DNA of 64,000 bases from Perkinsus olseni (Eukaryota), in assembly GCA_013115125.1 (NCBI GenBank), contig JABANN010000063.1, positions 1-64,000 of the forward strand, given 5' to 3'. The notes under the pieces were generated by a model. That model ran no database searches, was not told the origin of the DNA, and worked only from the letters and a program-made list of their open reading frames with translations. Below, piece by piece: positions 61,802 to 64,000 of the stretch. Both the position numbers and the translations under genes were made by a program. The stretch's first letter is position 1, and the number at the start of each line of letters is the position of its first letter.

Positions 61802-63280
61802 ATGTCCTCCTCCTCCTCCTCCTCCTCCTCGTCCTCGTCCTCGTCCTCGTCGTCGTCGTCGTCACTGAGTGGTGGAACCGTCTTCCAGCGAGCTCGGAGT
61901 GGTGTGGATCGGATAGAGGCCCAGCTGCAGCCGGGAGGGCCCAGGGCTGGATCAGGTAGTCATGGAGAGCCGTCGCTGGAGAGCTGCCTTGGTACATGTA
62001 CTCCTTGAGTAAATAATACATCCGCCGTTCTCATGGGGGCTGGGATGGGGGGTGTCCCGCGGTCGCTGAGGGTCTCATCGCGCCCTTCTTGGATTGTGTG
62101 CTCGCTAGGCAAGGGATTTGGCTGCGGGGAAGGCTGACAGGCGGCATTCGGTGGTTTGGTTGTGAAGGTATTAAGGACAACGAGAGGGCCGTCGTGGATG
62201 CATTGATAGAGGAAGTCAAACGGAAGGCGGCGCCCAGTGGTGTGTACGGAACACAGATGAGGGAGAAGGTAGTCCGGCTCTCGATTGGTTCACCAGAGTG
62301 TTCGCCCTCCTCAACTCTGTCGTCCGTTTGGGGCGGGAAAAATGAAGTAATCTACATTGTGATGAACCATCGACTAGTTAAGAATATAGTAGAGACGGGC
62401 TATGATTACGCAACTCAGTGTACGCAACCGTCATGGTTGTCCTGTGGTGAGCTCGTGCAAGATGAAATCCTCACAGGATTAGTAGGTCAGAATAAGATAC
62501 AGGCTGGGTTTTCTTCGCGCTGCGCAATGGTGCTGCGGAAAGTATCTTCGCGGATCGCATCTGAAAGATTCCTCTCAGGCGCTAGCTCTGATCTCGCGCT
62601 GGGAAGCGGTCAAGAGGCGATTTGCCCCGACCCATGATGTCGTCGATACCACTACGCCGGAGAGTTTGCTGGCCGCGTTCGTTGGGGAGCTTCAACGGCT
62701 AAGTCAGGATGCGGTGGTGGAGTGGTATGGCTCGGATGTGGTGGTACGGATAGGCGACTGTCGATTCACAGTGATGACGTTGGGAAGAAGTGTTATCGTT
62801 GAGGGTATGCGGCAGGGGCGGAGGATACAGTGCGTTGAGGAAAGTGGCAAGATTGCAAGAGGTGCTCTTGCTAGATTTCGGAGGACTTGTGCGGAACCAC
62901 TGATTTATGGACTGCCAGTGCCCCACTTTTGCGAGTTGCCGGTTGACCTGGCGAACAGAATAGTGAGTTATTGCATTAGCGTGAGAGATCTTGCTCATCT
63001 TGAACTCACTTGCAAATTCCTCAACGCCACCTGTGCGCCATTTTGGCACAATATTGCGACTCAGCTGGGCTTGAAGGGAAATCTTCCCCCCAAGACACTC
63101 GTCAAGAATCACTACGCGGAGCTCAGAGCCATCCGGAGGAGGTTTGTCATCCCGCGGATATCCGGGCGCTATGCAGGCCCCCGCCACGACCCCACCGGGG
63201 GCTTCCCGTACCACCCCATAACGGGAATTTGGAACGACAAGGATCCGGGAGGAGGCCTGATTCCGGGGCGCTTCATGTGA
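61802..63280 (+). CDS. F-box protein with poly-Ser N-terminus and Pro/Gly-rich C-terminus (FBXO7-like layout), multi-exon
   Basis: F-box FCELPVDLANRIVSYC...DLAHLELTCKFLN, C-terminal PRHDPTGG, (TCC/TCG)n poly-Ser after ATG 61802. Confidence 0.6.
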
Positions 63281-63751
63281 TGCGGTATGAAGATTTTATT
63301 CAGGGTTATATATTTACAACGACAGTGTTTTGGTTTTTGGAGTGGTTCCGTGGTGTTATGTTGGAATACACCCCGGGTTCGAATCCTTGTTGGGGCATAT
63401 TTCTGGCGCCTTTTCCGGTTTTTTCTTCAGAGAAACACCGACGGCCGTCAAGGAGGTCGGTCGTAGCCTGCTCAGCGTTTGGTATATTCCTGGCGCCACG
63501 CGAGAAATCCTCAGGAATATCAACGCTCCTCCGACTTCCACTACAGACAGTCTCTCTTCGCCGAAGAGCTAGCGTCGCTCGATCATCGGTACGAGGGGCC
63601 GCTGCATCGGTGTGAGTACCGTCGCCTCTCCTTCCCTATTCGGATACTTCTCTAGAACACTGGAGTGAATATTATATGCTCGACAGCGTCTTCGTGCTCT
63701 GGAGCTGATTTGTGTCCATCCGCAGTTTGTTTGTCTGTCGCCTGCCCGGGC

Positions 63752-64000
63752 ATGTCTTCTCTACAGTGGTTTGATGCTGCCTCTCCACCAGGGCCACGAA
63801 GGGAACCTCCGAGGGCGGAGGAGCGAAGGGAATCCTCTATGAGTCTGAAGCGAGTGTCGGGGAGTAAGGCAGCTGGGGATATCGATGCTATAGTGGCGGC
63901 TACAATGGAGGCCGAGAGAGCTGGTGGAGGACAGTCAGCTCGAGCGTCCAAGGTAAATGTGGGCTAGTGGAATGGTTCAGACTTCGCTTTCCCGAGGTCC
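63752..64000 (+). CDS. Possible first exon of a hypothetical protein continuing beyond the window
   Basis: ATG 63752 opens MSSLQWFDAASPPGP...ASK followed by a GTAAAT donor. Confidence 0.3.

Overview
Gene-dense, intron-rich eukaryotic DNA. Short GT-AG introns, intronless tandem duplicates and a divergent aspartic-protease family suggest an alveolate, most likely Perkinsus sp. (inference). The window starts with low-complexity C/G sequence and a tRNA-Lys-derived SINE-like element. Genes in order: PP2C phosphatase, aspartic-protease pseudogene, two DxD glycosyltransferase-like paralogs, SDR, Pumilio/PUF, LRRC51-like, a hypothetical protein, glutamate-cysteine ligase, SelF/Sep15-like, TMEM184 (antisense tRNA-Ala in an intron), papain-family protease, a second tRNA-Ala, two SDR paralogs, two mitochondrial phosphate carriers, POP1, DEDDy exonuclease, a membrane protein, RRP8 plus a truncated duplicate, TcdA/TCD1 (minisatellite-filled intron), a coiled-coil protein, PSTK and an F-box protein. 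No CRISPR array, rRNA or intact transposase was seen. The best leads are a SelF homolog with CxU replaced by SRM, a 7-repeat PUF with altered recognition residues, an intron built from tandem copies of its own 3' end, and a structured SINE. Gene models were spliced by eye and homology calls come from motif recognition, not database searches.
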